64,000 nt of DNA, from assembly GCF_009914755.1 (NCBI RefSeq), contig NC_060926.1. The stretch is one strand, 5' to 3'. This stretch comes from the human T2T-CHM13v2.0 reference genome, Homo sapiens. The notes under the pieces were generated by a model. It did no database searches and was not told where the DNA came from. It worked only from the letters and a program-made list of their open reading frames with translations. Position numbers and translations under genes: made by a program. This document shows positions 45,004 to 63,596 of this stretch, in pieces; position 1 is the first letter of the stretch, and the number at the start of each line of letters is the position of its first letter.

Positions 45004-45429
45004 TGTGAAAGGGCCATATACACAGAGCAGACCTCAGGTGCTGAAGAAGCCAAGAAACCAAAGAAAGAGGCTGACAAATCCAGTCTGTTGGTAACGGGTA
45101 TTTTATTGGGGGAACTTACGGACAGAAGCGTGGCCTTGGGCAGCAGCGAGATGGGTAAATCTCTGCACTGTTACTGCCCGGACTCAGGGCTCACATGCTG
45201 TAGGGAAAGGGTCTGCGTGCTCCAGCGGGACAACTGAAGGCAGCCTCCAGAACAGGGAAGAGGGCGGTGTGCGTCACAGCCTCTGATTTGTGCGATAATA
45301 TCAAGGTTGACATGTTCTGGACTAAGGACAGTAAATCAAGTTGGAAGCAGGACGTGTTCACAGGATTGAGGCTAATCAGACATTGACATGGCAGATTCGC
45401 ATCCAAGATGGAGTCACTTTGTCTCCACA
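45004..45429 (-). mobile_element. Solo ERV LTR (LTR47/MER72-like)
   Basis: Minus-strand start tgtggagacaaagtgactccatcttggatg; AATAAA on the minus strand near 45102. Confidence 0.6.
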
Positions 45430-46113
45430 GACTTTCTGTATTTTTATTCCTTTGTTACCATCTGATGTTGACTTTAGCATTAATTAAAAAAAATATACAA
45501 TTATGTGTGTGTTTATACATGTACTTAGGGAAGATAAGTCAATGTGGGTTGGCAAGTTTACACTGAACATGCTATGTGCACAGCGCTGCATGAGGCTCTG
45601 TGGACACGAACGGGCCCTGCTCCCTGAAGATGGCTGGGGCACCTGAACAGGAAATGATGCTACAAGAGATGCTACTCTAAAAGCGGAAATGACCAGTGAC
45701 AAACGAGTAAGATTGTTTCGGCAAGCCCCTCAACTGCCCATGAGTGCTTCTATTTCTGAATTGCCCCAGTATCAATTCTAAGGATGCCACTGGGAGAGGT
45801 GGTGTTTCTGGAATTGACCTTGTAATAGTCCAACTTTGAAAACTCTAGCGATGTGATAAACTTGTTGAAGTTTGAGCTAACTTGGAGATGACATTTACTG
45901 TTTGACAAGCAAATGTAGTATCAAACATCTTGTACTATTTTTTGAAATGACTGTTAATATATTAAATATTGAGGAACTTCAACAAGTGTGTCTATTACTT
46001 TGATCATTTGATACTTCGAAATATCTTTAGTGTTATTTGCAAAGCGAGAATTACCATACAAACCACCAAGAGAGTAGATTCCCTTTGATTTTGAACCCTA
46101 ATCTTAATCCTGA

Positions 46114-46524
<411 letters not shown>

Positions 46525-46972
46525 TAACTTGAAGTAACGTTTGTGTTTGGAGAATTTAATAAAAGAAACGGGGGAAAAAAATAAATAGGGCTTGTGTTTT
46601 GGTACATTCTTGTTTTTTTAATGTTTATTTAGTAATAGTTTGTATTGTTTTTTACAGAAATGTTGATCCATAACAGACAGGAAAGTAAATAACAGGAACA
46701 GTAAACAGGGCCGTTAGTTTGAGAAGTGCTAACCTAGAGAAAATGGTTGCAAGGCTCAGGCCAGCAGATTTCCCCAGAGGTCATGGAGCATGGCAGTAGC
46801 CTTGGTTTTTATTTGAATGTTCACCTCACCACACCTCAAGGTGAAGACATTTGGAGGGGTCTGAGATCTTGTCCTTCATTTGCAAGCATCTGCCACCATC
46901 ACGCACTGGCTGTTTTGATCAGTGAAAACAAAACAGGCCTTTATTCTGTTTTTTATTAAACATGGGGCTTGA

Positions 46973-47323
<351 letters not shown>

Positions 47324-47441
47324 ATCCATCATTAATTTTTATTCCAAAGTATCTCCACACCTTAAGTGCCACAGAGGCAATAGGATGACAGAATTTATTG
47401 TTTTCAAGAGCAATTGCTGACATTTCTATATTTATTGCTAG

Positions 47442-47636
<195 letters not shown>

Positions 47637-47889
47637 TAAAATATAAAATGACTTGCTCTTTCCTTCTTGGTAATTGATCTCTCTAGCATTTCAGGATTGT
47701 AATTTCTCCTTTTTATGCTCTAGAAAATTCTTGTTTTAATCCACACATCAATAGGTGGTTATTGAAAAATTATCAAGTAAATTAGGATGTGGTGGAACTA
47801 AGTTGTATTAGGTTAGATAGATCCTAACTAGATTTCACAAGTATGTTATATTAGCAGCTGAAGTGGTATGTACAAATGACTCATTTTAT

Positions 47890-49285
47890 TTTTTAATAGC
47901 TTTATTGTGATATAATTAACATGCAGTTCACCCATTTGAAGTGTACAATCAATGATGTATAGCATATGCATAGACACGTGCAACCATCACCATACCTTTA
48001 GAACATTTTTATCATCTCAGAAAGAAACCCCATATCCTTTAGCTATCATCCCTCATCTTCCCTATCCCAAAGCAACCACTAATTTGCTTTTTGTCTTGAT
48101 AGTTTTGACTATTTTGGACATTTCATATAAGTAGGAATTATATAATATTGGTCTTTTGTGTCTGACTTTTTCCACTTAGTATAATGTTTTCAAGATTCAT
48201 CCATGTTGTAACATGTATTAACACTTTCTTTCTTTTTGTGTAAGGCTAATATAGGTTGAGCATCTCAAATCTGAAAGCCCCAAAATTTGAAATGTTCCAA
48301 AATCCAAAACTTTTTGAGTGCTGACATGATGCTCAAAGGAAATGCTCACTGGAATATTTCAGATTTTGGATTTGGGACACTCTACCAGTAAGTATAATGC
48401 AAATATTTAAAAAAACTGAAATCCAAACACTTCTGGTCTCAAGCATTTCAGATAAGGGATACTCAACCACTACCACATTTTGTTTACCCGTTCATTAGTT
48501 GACAGACACTTGTTTCCATCTGCTGGCTATTTTGAACAATGCTGCTGTAAACATTTGTGTACAAGATTTTGTGTGGATATATGCTTTCTTTTGTTGAGTG
48601 TATGCCTAAGACTGGACTTTCTGGGTCATATGATAACTCTGTGTTTAACTGTTTGAAGAATTACTAGGCTTTTCCGAAAGTGCTGCACTATTTTACATTC
48701 TTAACAGCCACGTAAAGGAGTGCTGATTTCTCCCTGCCTTTCCCAGCACTCTCTGTCTTACTTTTTGTTTATAGTCATCCTAGTGGATGTGAGGTGGTGT
48801 CTCATTGTGGTTTTGATGTGCATTTCCCTGATGACTAATGAGGAGGAACATCTTTTCATATGTTTATTGGCCATTTGTATGTTTTATTTGGAAAAATTTC
48901 TCTTCAGATCTCTATTCACTTGTCTTAAATTTCAACAGGTTTTTGGGGGAACAGGTGGTGTTTGGTTACATGGATAAGTTCTTTAGTGGTGATTTCTGAG
49001 ATTTTGGTGCACCCATCACCAGAGCAGTGTACACTGTATCCAATGTGTAGCCTGTTATCCCTCACCCCCCACCCTTCCCCACATTGTATCATTCTTATGT
49101 CTTTGCATCCTAATAGCTTAGCTCCCACTTATAACTGAGAACATATGATGTTTGCTTTTCCATTCCTGAACTACTTCATTTAGAATAATGGTCTCCAACT
49201 CCATCCAGGTTGCTGTGAATGCCATTATTTCATTCCTTTTTATGGCTGCATAGTATTCCATGGTATATGTATATATACCATATTT
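47890..49285 (-). mobile_element. Stacked L1 3'-end fragments (L1MB-like, then L1PB-like)
   Basis: L1 3' UTR reverse-complement motifs. Confidence 0.75.
48252..48470. mobile_element. Tigger4a/MER46A-like MITE
   Basis: Terminal inverted repeats aggttgagcat / atactcaacc. Confidence 0.8.
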
Positions 49286-49755
49286 TCTTTTTTAAAATAT
49301 TTTCAATTATGGGCACATAGTAGGTATATATATATTTATGGGGTACATGAAATGTTTTAACACAGGCATGCAATGAATAATAATCACATCATGGAGAATG
49401 AGGTATCCATCCCCAATCCATTGTGTATATATACCACTTTTAAAATCTATTCCTCCGTTAATGGGCACTTACTTTGATTTCATATTTTGGCTGTGACATT
49501 GTAAACAGTGTCACAGTAAACTTGGAAGTGCAGATATCTCTTCAATATATTGATTTACTTTCTTTTGGATATATACACAGTAGTGAGATTGCTGGATGAA
49601 TCTATTGTTGTTCTATTTTTAGTTTTTTGAGGAGTTTTCATAGTTTTCCATAGTGAGTGTACTAATTTACATTCTCACCAATAGTGTACATGGGCTTCAC
49701 TTTCTCCACATCCTCGCTAGCATCCACTATTCCCCCTGTCTTTTTAAATAAAAGC

Positions 49756-50167
49756 GGTATTACTCTGCTCTCACGTTGCTATAAAGATACTACCTGAGAC
49801 TGGGTAACTTACAAACAAAAGAGGTTTAATTAACTCACAGTTCTACATGACTGGGGAGGCCTCAGGAAACTTACAATCATGGCAGAAAGAGAAGGCGAAG
49901 CAAGGCATGTCTTACATGGCAGCAGGATCGAGAGAGAGAGAGAGAGACAGAGAGAGAGAGAGACAGAGACAGACAGACAGAGAGAGACAGAGAAAGGGGG
50001 AAGAGCCACTTTTAAACATCAGATCTCACAAGAACTCCCTATCAGAAGAACAGCATGGGGAAAACCACCCCATCATCCAATCACCTCTAAGCAGGTCCCT
50101 CCCTGGACATGTGGGGATTACAATTAGAGATGAGGTTTGAGTGGGGATACAGAACCAGACCATGTCA
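49756..50167. mobile_element. MSTA/THE1-type MaLR LTR with (GA)n, inside the L1
   Basis: ggggaggcctcaggaaacttacaatcatggcagaa; 5-bp TSD AAAGC. Confidence 0.88.
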
Positions 50168-52276
50168 AAAGCCATTTCAACTGAGGTGGTATGACATTTC
50201 ATTGTGGTTTTGAGTTGCATTTTTCTGATGATTAGAGATGTTGAGCATTTAAAAAATATACCTGTTGCCCATTTGTATGCCTTCTTTTGAGAAATATCTA
50301 TTCAGAACTTTTGCCCATTTATAAATTATTTTTTTTGCTACTGAGTTGTTAGCTATTGAGTTGTCCTTATATATTCTTGTTATTAATCCCTTCTTAGATG
50401 GATAGTTTGCAAATATATTTTTTTCCAACTCTATGGGTTGTCACTCCACTTTGTTATTTCCTTTGACAGCAGCCTTTTAGCTTGATGTAATCCCATTTGT
50501 CTGTTTTTCCTGTTGTTGCCTGTGCTTTTGAGGTCTTACACACAAATATTTGCCAAGACCAATGTCCTAGAGCATTTCCCCAAGGTTTTCTTCTAGAATG
50601 TTCATAGTTTTAGGTCTTAGATTTAAGTTTTTCATCCATTTTGATTTCATTTTGCATAAGGTGAGAGATAGGAGTCTAGTTTCATTCTTCGGCATGCAGT
50701 TATCTAGTTTCCCCAGCACCATTTACTGAAGAGACTGTTCCCCATTGCGTGTTCTTGGTGCCTTTATTGAGAATGAGTTGGCTGTAAATGTGTTGATTTA
50801 TATCTGGGTTCTCTATTGTGTTGTCTGTTTTTATGCCATAACCATTCTGATTTGGTTATATAGCTTCATAGTACATTTTGAAGTCAGGTAGTGTGATGCC
50901 TTCAGCTTTGTTTTTTTGCTTTGGTTATTCAGGGTCTTTCATTTAAAGTTTACTTTTTAAAAATATTTCTGAGAAGAATATCATTGGTATTTTAATAGGG
51001 ATTGAATTGAATCTGTAAATTGCTTTGGATAGTACTGTCATTTTAACAATATTAATTCTTTCAATCTAGGAGCACGGAACATCTTTCCATTTTTTCTGTG
51101 TCCTCTTCAATATATTTCACCAGTGTTTTATAGTTTTCCTTGTATAGCTCTTTCACTTCGTAGGATAAATGGATTCCTCAGTATTTTATAGTTTTTGTAG
51201 CTATTGTATATGCGATTGCCTTCTTGTTTTATTTTGTAGATTATTCACTGTTGGTGTGTATAAATGCTACTGACTTTTGTATGTTGAATTTGTATCCTGA
51301 AAATCTACTGAATTAGTTTATCAGTTCTAATAGTTTTTGGGTGGAGTCTAGGTTTTTCTAAGTATAAGATCATATTGTCTATGAAGAAGGAGAACTTCAC
51401 TTCTTTCTTTTCAATTTGGATGCCATTTATTTCTCTTGCATAATTGCTCCAGCCAGGACTTCCAATATTATGTTAATAAAAGCGGTGAAAGTGGGCATCC
51501 TTGTCTTGTTCCGGATCTTAGAGAAAAGGCTTTCATTTTTTGTCCATTAAGTATGATGTTACCTGTGGGTTTGTCATATGTGGCTTTTGTTATTTTGAGG
51601 TAGTTTTTTTTTCTATACCCAATTTATTGAGGGTTTTTTTCTTATCATGAAGTGACGTTAAATTTTATCAAATGCTTTCCAGCATTTATCGAAATGATCA
51701 TATGGTTTTTGTTCTTGGTTCAGTTAGTGATGTGTCATGTTTATTGATTCATGTATGTTGAGACATGCTTGCCTTCCTGGAATGAATTCCACTTGATCAT
51801 GGTGAGTGATCTGTTTATTGTGTTGTTAAATTCAGTTTGCTGGTATTTTGTTGAGGATTTTTGCATTTATGTCCATCAGTGATATTAACCTGTAGTTTTC
51901 TTTTTTTGTTGTTGTCTTTGTCTGGTTTTGGTATCAGGGTAATACTGGCCTTGTAGAATGAGTTTGGAAGTACTCCTGCTTCAATTTTCTTGAAGAGTTT
52001 GAGTAAAATTGGTATTAGTTATTCCTTTTATGTTTGGTAGAATTCAGCAGGGAAGCCATTAGGTCCTGGAATTTTCTTTAATGGGAGACTTTTTAAATTT
52101 CAGCTTTTATCTCATCATTCATTATTGGTTTATTAAGGTTTTCTATTTCTTCATGGTTCAATCTTGGTAGATTGTATGTGTCCAGAAATGTATCCATTTC
52201 TTCTAGGTTTTCCAATTTGTTGGTATGTAGTTGTTCATAATAGTCTCTAATTGATCTTTGTAATTCTGTGGTCACA

Positions 52277-53560
<1,284 letters not shown>

Positions 53561-54741
53561 CAGTCTCATTTTTTATGTATCCTTCTCTATTTCTGATTTT
53601 TTGGGGTCTTTTCTCTTTGTAATTAGTCTAGCTAAAGGTCCATCACTTTTGTTTCTTTTTAAAAAAACAAGTTTTTTGTTTTGTTGATCCTCTGTATTAT
53701 TTTAGTTGCCATTTATTTATCCTCTGATCTTTATTTTTTTCTTCTACTAGTAATTTTGGGATTGGTTTATACTTGCTTTTCTAGTTTATTGAGATGCATT
53801 GTTATATTAATTTGAAGTCTTTCTACTTCTTTGGTATAGGTATTTATTGCTATAAACTTCCCTCTTAGTACTGCCTTTGTTGTATCCCATATATTTTTGT
53901 ATGTTGTATTTCCATTTTCATTTGTTTCAAGCATTTTTAAAATTTCCTTCTTAATTACTGACCCATTTGTTGTTCAGGAGCATGTTGTTTAATTTACATG
54001 TGTTTGTGTATTTTCCAATGTGTCTCTTATTATTGATTTCTAGTTTTATTCCATTATGGTCAGAAAAGATACTTGATATGATTTCTACTTTTTTGAATTT
54101 GTTTAGACTTGCTTTATGGCCCAAGACATGGCCTATTCTAGAGAATGTTCCATGTGCTGATGAAAAGAATGCATATTCTGCAGCAGTTGGGTAAAATGTT
54201 CTGTAATGTCAGTTAGGGCCATTAGATCTAGTGTGTAGTTCAACTTCACTATTTCTTTGTTGATTTTCTGTCTGGACGATTTGTCCATTACTGAAAGTGA
54301 GGTGTTGAAGTCCCCTACTATTATTGTATTGCAGTCTATTTATCCCTTTAGATCTATTAATGTTTGCTTTATATAAGACTTGAAAGCTCTGGTGTTGGAC
54401 ACATAGATATTCATAATTGACCCATTTATCATTATACAGTGTCTTGTCTTTTTTTTTTTTTTAACAGTCTTTGATTTGTAGTCTATTTTATCTGATATAA
54501 GTGTAGCTACTCCTGCTCTTTTTTGGCCTCTGGTTGCATGAGATATCTTTTTCCATCCTTTCACTGTCAGCCTATTTGTGTCTTTATAGGTCAAGTGGGT
54601 TTCTTGTAGGCAGCATATAGTTGGGCCTTGTTTCTTAGTCCATTAAGCAACAGTATACCTTTTATTTGGAACATTGAGTCCATTTACATTCAGTATTGTC
54701 ATCAGTAAGAGCTTACTGTCATTTTGTTGCTTGTTTTCTGA

Positions 54742-55062
54742 TCCCCTCCCCTTCCCTTCCCTTCCCTCCCCCCTCCCCCTCCTCTTCCCCCTCCCCTCCC
54801 CTCCCCCTCCCCCTCCCCTCCCCCTCCCCTCCCCTCCCCCCCCTCCCCTCCCCTCCCCTCCCCTCCCACTCCCCTCCCCTCCCCTCCCCTCCCCCTCCCC
54901 TCCCCTCCCCCTCCCCTCCCCCTCCCCCTCCCCTCCCCCCCCCTCCCCTCCCCTCCCCCTCCCCTCCCCTCCCCCTCCCCTCCCCCTCCCCTCCCCTCCC
55001 CCCTCCCCTCCCCTCCCCCCTCCCCTCCCCTCCCCTCCCTTTCCTTTCCTTTTCTTTCTTTC
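54742..55062. repeat. (CCCCT)n-type polypyrimidine tract, ~320 bp
   Basis: Read directly. Confidence 0.98.
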
Positions 55063-55833
55063 TGCCTTAGTGGTTAACTAATTTTCTCTGATAGTATGTT
55101 TTAATTGACTTTTATTTTTAGCAAATCTATTATAGGTTTTTGCACTGTGGTTACCATGAGGCTTATAAAAACATCTTATAACAAGTTATTTTAAAGAGAT
55201 GTCAACTCATCTTAGATCACAAAGAAAAAAATAGAAATAAACAAAGAAAAACAAAAAAAAACTCTACATTTTTAACTTTATCCCTCCTCCCACATTTTGA
55301 CTTCATGTTGTCTCAATTTGCATGTTTTTATATTGCCTATCTTTTAACACCTGTTAAAGATATCAACAAAAAGATTATTATTTTTGATAGATTTGTCTTT
55401 TGGACTTCATACTAGAGTTATGAGTGAATTACACACTATAATTACAGTGTTGGAGTATTCTGAGTTCGTTAATGCACTTAATTTTACTAGTGGGTTTTAT
55501 AAATTCAAATGTTTTCTTTTTGCACATTAGTGTTTTTTTTTTTTTCAAATGGAAGAACTTTAGCATTTCATTTAAGACTGGTGGTGGTGAATTCTCTCAG
55601 CTCTTGTTTATCCAGGAAAGATTTTCTCTCTCTTTCATATTTGAAAGATAGCTTTTCTAGATACAATATTCTTGGATGGCAGTATTTTTTTCTTTCAGCA
55701 CTTTAAAATGTCATCCCACTTCTTTTTGGCCTGTATGGTTATCATTGAGAAGTCTGTTGTCAGATGAATTGAAGCTTCTTTATGTTATTTGCTTCTTTTC
55801 TCTTGCTGCTTTTAGGATATTTTTATCCTTGAC

Positions 55834-56154
<321 letters not shown>

Positions 56155-56842
56155 TAGGATTTTTTATATGCCTTGGAGTAGTCTTATTTGGATACAATCC
56201 ATTTCTTTGAGCTTTCTGTACCAGGATATTTATGTCTTTATCAAGTTTTGAAAAGTTTTCTATTATTTCTTTGAATAAGCTTTCTACCCCTTGCTCTTGC
56301 TCAACTCCCTCCTCAACACCAATAATTCTTAGATTTGATCTTTTGAGGTAATTTTTTATATCTTGTAAGCAATCTTTATTCCTTTTCATTTTTTTCTCCT
56401 CTGTGTATTTTTAAATAGCCCATTTTGAGCTCACTGATTCTTTCCTCTGCTTGCTTCATTCTATTCTTAAGAGCCTCTAATGAAGTTTTTGGTTCAGCAA
56501 ATACGTTTTTCCATTCAAAGTTTTCTGTTTGATTTTAAAAAATTATTGAAATTTTGTTAAATTTCTCTGATAAACTTCTAAGCTGCTTTTGTGTGTTATC
56601 TTTGAGGTCACTGAGTTTCCTTAAAACTGCTATTTTGAATTATTGATCACAGAGTTCATATATCACTGTCTTATTATGATCAGTCACTGGTTCCTTGCTT
56701 TGTCCATTTGGGGATGTCATAGTTCTTTGCTGTTGTTTCTTATGGGTATACATCTATGCCTGTGCATTGAAGCATTAGTTATTTATTCCAGTCTTTTCTT
56801 TCTGGGTTGTTTCAGTTTTTGTTGAATATATTTGCTTAGATG

Positions 56843-57066
56843 TAGGGAGTGTCCAATATTTTAGCTTCCCTGGGCCACATTGGAAGAGGAAGAATTGTCT
56901 TGGGCCACACATAAAATGCCCTAACACTAACGATAGCTGATGAGCCAAAAAAATTTTGCAAAACAATCTCATACTGTTTTAAGAAAGTTTATGGATTTGT
57001 GTTGGGCCACATTCAAAGCCACCATGGGCTTCATAAGACCCACTGCCCATGTGTTGGACAAGCTTA
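56843..57066. mobile_element. MER30 hAT MITE
   Basis: gtgtccaatattttagcttccctgggccacattggaag...ttggacaagct; 8-bp TSD gcttaga(t/g). Confidence 0.88.
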
Positions 57067-58277
57067 GCTTAGAGAATCATTATAAATTTCCTGTTGATTT
57101 TATTTCCTGCTAGGTAGCTGCCTACTTTTCAGCACTAGATGGCACCTTAAGTCCAGGATTGCTTCATTTGTAGTAAGCAATCAAATTACTGCCCATCAGA
57201 ATAGGGGAGGTCCCAGGGAGCATATTCTAGTGGTGTGGGAAGGTTAGCTAGGTGTTTGTCTCTAGGGGACCTGTGGAACAAACCTCCTACAACATGGTGT
57301 TGCTGAACAGCAACTCTGATTTGGTGTTTCCTCTGGCTGAGTTACAGGGTTTGCAGGGCTGGGGATGTCTCACCCTCAGTGTGAAGCCTCCACCTTATGG
57401 ATCATGAGAATGGGTCACTGTGGCCCCAATATCTCAAGGTAGGACCCTGTCCCATGAGTCAGGGGTGGGTCAAATAAAGGAGCCCCCGCCTCTCAACCAC
57501 ACTCACCCAGGGCTTAGCCTCAGTAACAGGCATATAGGGGCAGGATGAGAAGCCCTGATGTCCTGCCTCTCCTGGGAAGACAGCCCTGCAACCATGGGCT
57601 GCACTTGTTTGCAGTCTCCACTTTGCTGATCTGGGAGAGGGTGTGAAGGTGAGGTCTTGGTTCAAATACCGCAGACTCTCACTGTTCTTACTGAATTTTA
57701 GCAAATATTCTTGAATAGATGTTGCTGAATTTTCCGTATGCCCTTAGGACCATTTCCAGAGACCTGAAGTGTTTTCCCATCCCTCAACCCCCCTAAATTT
57801 TACCAGCTCCACTGAGGAACAGGACAGCAAAGCTCTCCTGCTGTCATGCCAGAAGTGGTTCTCTGGAACCTTATTTTAGATGCAATGTTTCTCTGGTTAT
57901 GATGCTTTAAAGTGAGACATGAAAATGGAAAGATCTAAACACGTTTACTAATATTAATTACTCACTGAAATAATCTATTCTAAAAACAGTGCAAGAAAAT
58001 GAATGAGCAAAGCTTACAAGAGAGTCAGACCTTTTCCCCACTTGTTAATTTAACATACACTGTGGAATAACTACTTTGAGCTACAGACTGAGCATTGGCC
58101 ATAAAATCATTTTCCTGACAATGTGTAGGGCAGAACCAACAGAGTGTATGCTTCATGAAGAAAGGGCTGTGAGTCCAGATTGTCATTTTTGTACACCTGA
58201 CACTTAGCACAGCATGGGGAACACAGGAGAAGCTCCATAACTATTTGTTGTTAGATTTGACAGAGTCCTTGTCCTTA

Positions 58278-58791
<514 letters not shown>

Positions 58792-59749
58792 CTAAGCACA
58801 TGAAAGCTCTTTCCTAATTGGTCAGCATTGATGGCCTGAAGAGGAGAGATGGGCAATGCCTGCATGCAGATTTCATGTCCCAGCTCTTACTGGCATCTTT
58901 AATTGCTCCATGAGGATTCCACCTGGGATCCAGGTGTAAAGGGAAAGGAAGCTGGGGAAACCTGGCTGATGTTACAGGGACACACTGGGTGGGAATGGGT
59001 TGGTTTAAATGAGATGTACTCAGAGGATGAAGAGTCATTTCTGGGATTCCTTGGCAGCTGTGACTAAAAGCAAGTTTGGATATTAACTCTGTAAAGAAGA
59101 ATCTTATTTTTTAAAATGTGAAATCGACTTCACTTTCAACAGACGAATATCTTCTATGCCATTAAAGCCAATTATAATATTTAATGAACTAGAATGGCAG
59201 TGATATTACTCTCATAACCCGGCTCCTGCTGAATGACTCCCTCTAGGATATTTTCTAGGGTTTTATGCCAATGAAGTTTTTGGTTTTATTTGTTGTAAAT
59301 AGCAAGACTTCCATTGTTTTACCAAAAAATTTTCAGATCACTCATTTTCACTAAATTTGTAAAATAAAAACATATAGGGCATGTTTTAGTACAATATTTT
59401 GATTAAATTAATTTTCTATATTAAAAATGCTTGGTTTCCACCTTCTAGCAATTAATATTCGAAGAAACAAAACATTCGTTCTACTAGAATCAGATGCTGT
59501 GAGTTGATTTTGGTAGCTATTTGCTGCTCTGCAGACCTAATTTCAGGCTGCTGTGGTTCTCAGCAGCAATTTGATTTTGTGAATATTATCTTTTGTATTC
59601 TGAATCACATTGCTAAGCAGGGTGGTGTTGTAAAAATAAAAACATAAGGTTCTCTTGTCTGAGTCTGTGTGGGAGTCAGCGATGCTTATTTCTAGCACGA
59701 AACATTATCTGTATGGTGAATTTCCCGAATGCTGTTTGACCTTGGAGTT

Positions 59750-60250
59750 GTTCATTTAATGAAAAAAACTTCAATGCCTACTATGTGCCCAGACCTCTTC
59801 TAGGTAGAGACGATACAAGAGTGGTACAGAAGTGAACAACACAGGTAAGTGGTCTGGCCTACAAGGATTTCGCATTCTGGGTATTGGAGACTGATTTTAG
59901 CAGGAACTTAAAAAGATAATTTCAGGCTGTGATTAGAGCTCTGGAGTAAATAACAAAGAGATATGATAAAATGTAACCTGGGGAGTCAGGCAGTGGCTGA
60001 ATGGAGGAGGGAGGAGACAACTTCAGAGCATGAGAGGGAAGACTTTTCTGAGGCCATGCCTTTAAGGTGAGGAACATAAGTAATCTTTTGGAGAGCTGGG
60101 AAAGTTGTTCTGGTACAGGGTAATATCAAGTGCAAAGGCCCTGGGGCAGTGGGCTTGTTGTATTTGAGAAACAGCAGGTGGGTGTGGCCAAAGCCTACCA
60201 AGAGATGACACTGGAGAAGACAGGAGGGTCCTGTAGTGTATGATACACAA
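59750..60250. mobile_element. L2 fragment
   Basis: gcctactatgtgcccagac, caagtgcaaaggccctggggcag motifs. Confidence 0.6.
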
Positions 60251-60273
60251 GCAGCCATTTTTACAAACAATAA

Positions 60274-60531
<258 letters not shown>

Positions 60532-60813
60532 TAAAAGGAAAGGCACATCTCAAAGCACAGCAGTGGATGAGATTAATCTTCCATGTGTAGGATTTGATGC
60601 CTTTATGACATGAAATAAGTCAACATTACCAATTTTTCTACCTAATTTTGGCCTAAGTAGCTGCTTTAAAAGGAAAAGTAAAATTTAACTAACCCTATGA
60701 TTGTTTGTGAATTTACTGAAACATTAACTTTAATGAAAATAACTTATGTAGCAATGCTCAGATGCATAAGATCTGTAATTTAATTACAGCAATGTATTCA
60801 TCCTCATAGTTAA

Positions 60814-60936
<123 letters not shown>

Positions 60937-61881
60937 TAAAAATAACTATGGTTTAAAGTTTTTCTTAAAAGTATTTTTTGGAACTTTTTCTTTTAAATAA
61001 ACTTTTGCACATTTTAGAAACCTCATATGCATTGTTCTAAATGCTAATTACTATGATTTATATTTTCCAAATTTCCCACTGTTTTCATAATATCAGGGCA
61101 GAGACTCAGAAGCCCAAACATACTGGTCATTGCCAGCTACGCCAATGCATTTTTGGAACATTCCTCTGTTTCTTCAATAAAGAAACAAAAGGAGCTGCGA
61201 TTTAATAATACAAAAGTTATGAATAAATGTGTTGGGAGATCTGGGGAAGAACCACTAGTTTAGCAATGTTTGATATCTGTGTATCTCAGGATTACACCAC
61301 TTATGTGAACTTGTGATGGACAGGGCGCTCTAGAGTCCATGCAGCTGTTTAATTTGGCCAGTAACTAATTTGAGATAGAGAAACCAAGATGAAGTGAAAC
61401 AAAAAATACAATGCCTTTCAATTTGCAAATCCCACCAAAAACTTGGTCAGAAAAGTGCCCTCCCCTTCCTAAGTTAGATTTCATGTCACCTGATGCTTTG
61501 AGATATCAATGAACAGACTCTCCGTTCTCAAAACTAAGGTTTGAACGCACATCATGTATCAGTATAGGTTTGACCAACAAAATATGTACCTTAAAAGGTC
61601 AAAACAAACTAATTAGAGGAACTATGGACTGGATTAGACGAAGATTGCTGCACGTATAACATTTTGCAGGGATCTATAATTGACATAGAAATTTAGAAAA
61701 ACGTATCTGGGACCCAATGAACTCACAAATTGGCAAGAGACATTTAAGAAATGATAGCAAAGAGGCAATTTACATGAAAGTGATTTACACATCAGGCCAC
61801 AGGAAACACTCTTCTATAGTAAGAAATAAAAGAAACACGTCAACCTTTTTCACCTGTTGGTTTTCGGGACTGGTTTCTTGA

Positions 61882-62838
<957 letters not shown>

Positions 62839-63327
62839 ACCCTTTGAACTTTAGTAACTCCTCTATAAAATTCACATTTGGGCTGGATGACCCCCAAAGT
62901 CACACAAGATTCCATGACACTGTCCGGCTCTTTACCATAGAGGCTCTGCATTCCCCTTGGAAAAAGAGCCTGTGAAAAGCACCGGGATGGGAGGCACCTT
63001 TTTACAGAGAAGGGTCCTAAGCAGATTGACCGGGGAAGGGGAGTGACCATTTCTTCCCCAGGCTTCACTTTTAAGGCAGTGGTTTACACATTTTTAAAAC
63101 CGTACACCTCTATGTGTTTAAAAAATATTTGGACAAACAACCTTGATATTCTGTATTTACTTTCTTATGAAATACATATGTGTATTATTAAGATAATTCA
63201 AAAGAAGTTGGTACACTTCTACAATTGTTATGTGACATTTTATAAATACTGGATTGAGTATTCCACGTTAGCCATCTTTGAATAAATAGTGGCATTTTGT
63301 ATTCATGTTTTGGGTGAGTGGTTTTTA

Positions 63328-63433
63328 TTTTTATTTATTTATTTATTTAATTATACTTTAAGTTTTAGGGTACATGTGTACAACGTGCGGGTTTGTTACA
63401 TATATATACATGTGCCATGTTGGTGTGCTGCAC
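63328..63433 (-). mobile_element. ~106-bp L1PA 3'-terminal insertion
   Basis: ttatactttaagttttagggtacatgtg; perfect 17-bp TSD tgggtgagtggttttta. Confidence 0.92.
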
Positions 63434-63596
63434 TGGGTGAGTGGTTTTTAAATGTCTTGGGAATTATTGTGACTTTACTCAATTACTAACCATTATATCA
63501 AATTCAAGGCCAGGCTCATCATTAACAGTAGTGCCTATAATTATTTCAAGAAGTCTTGGTAATTTTAACTTATTTTGGAAAGACGGCATTTTATCT

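Noticed and set aside
54674-55081. Polyproline (extensin/formin-like) ORFs
   Set aside because: Translation of the (CCCCT)n tract
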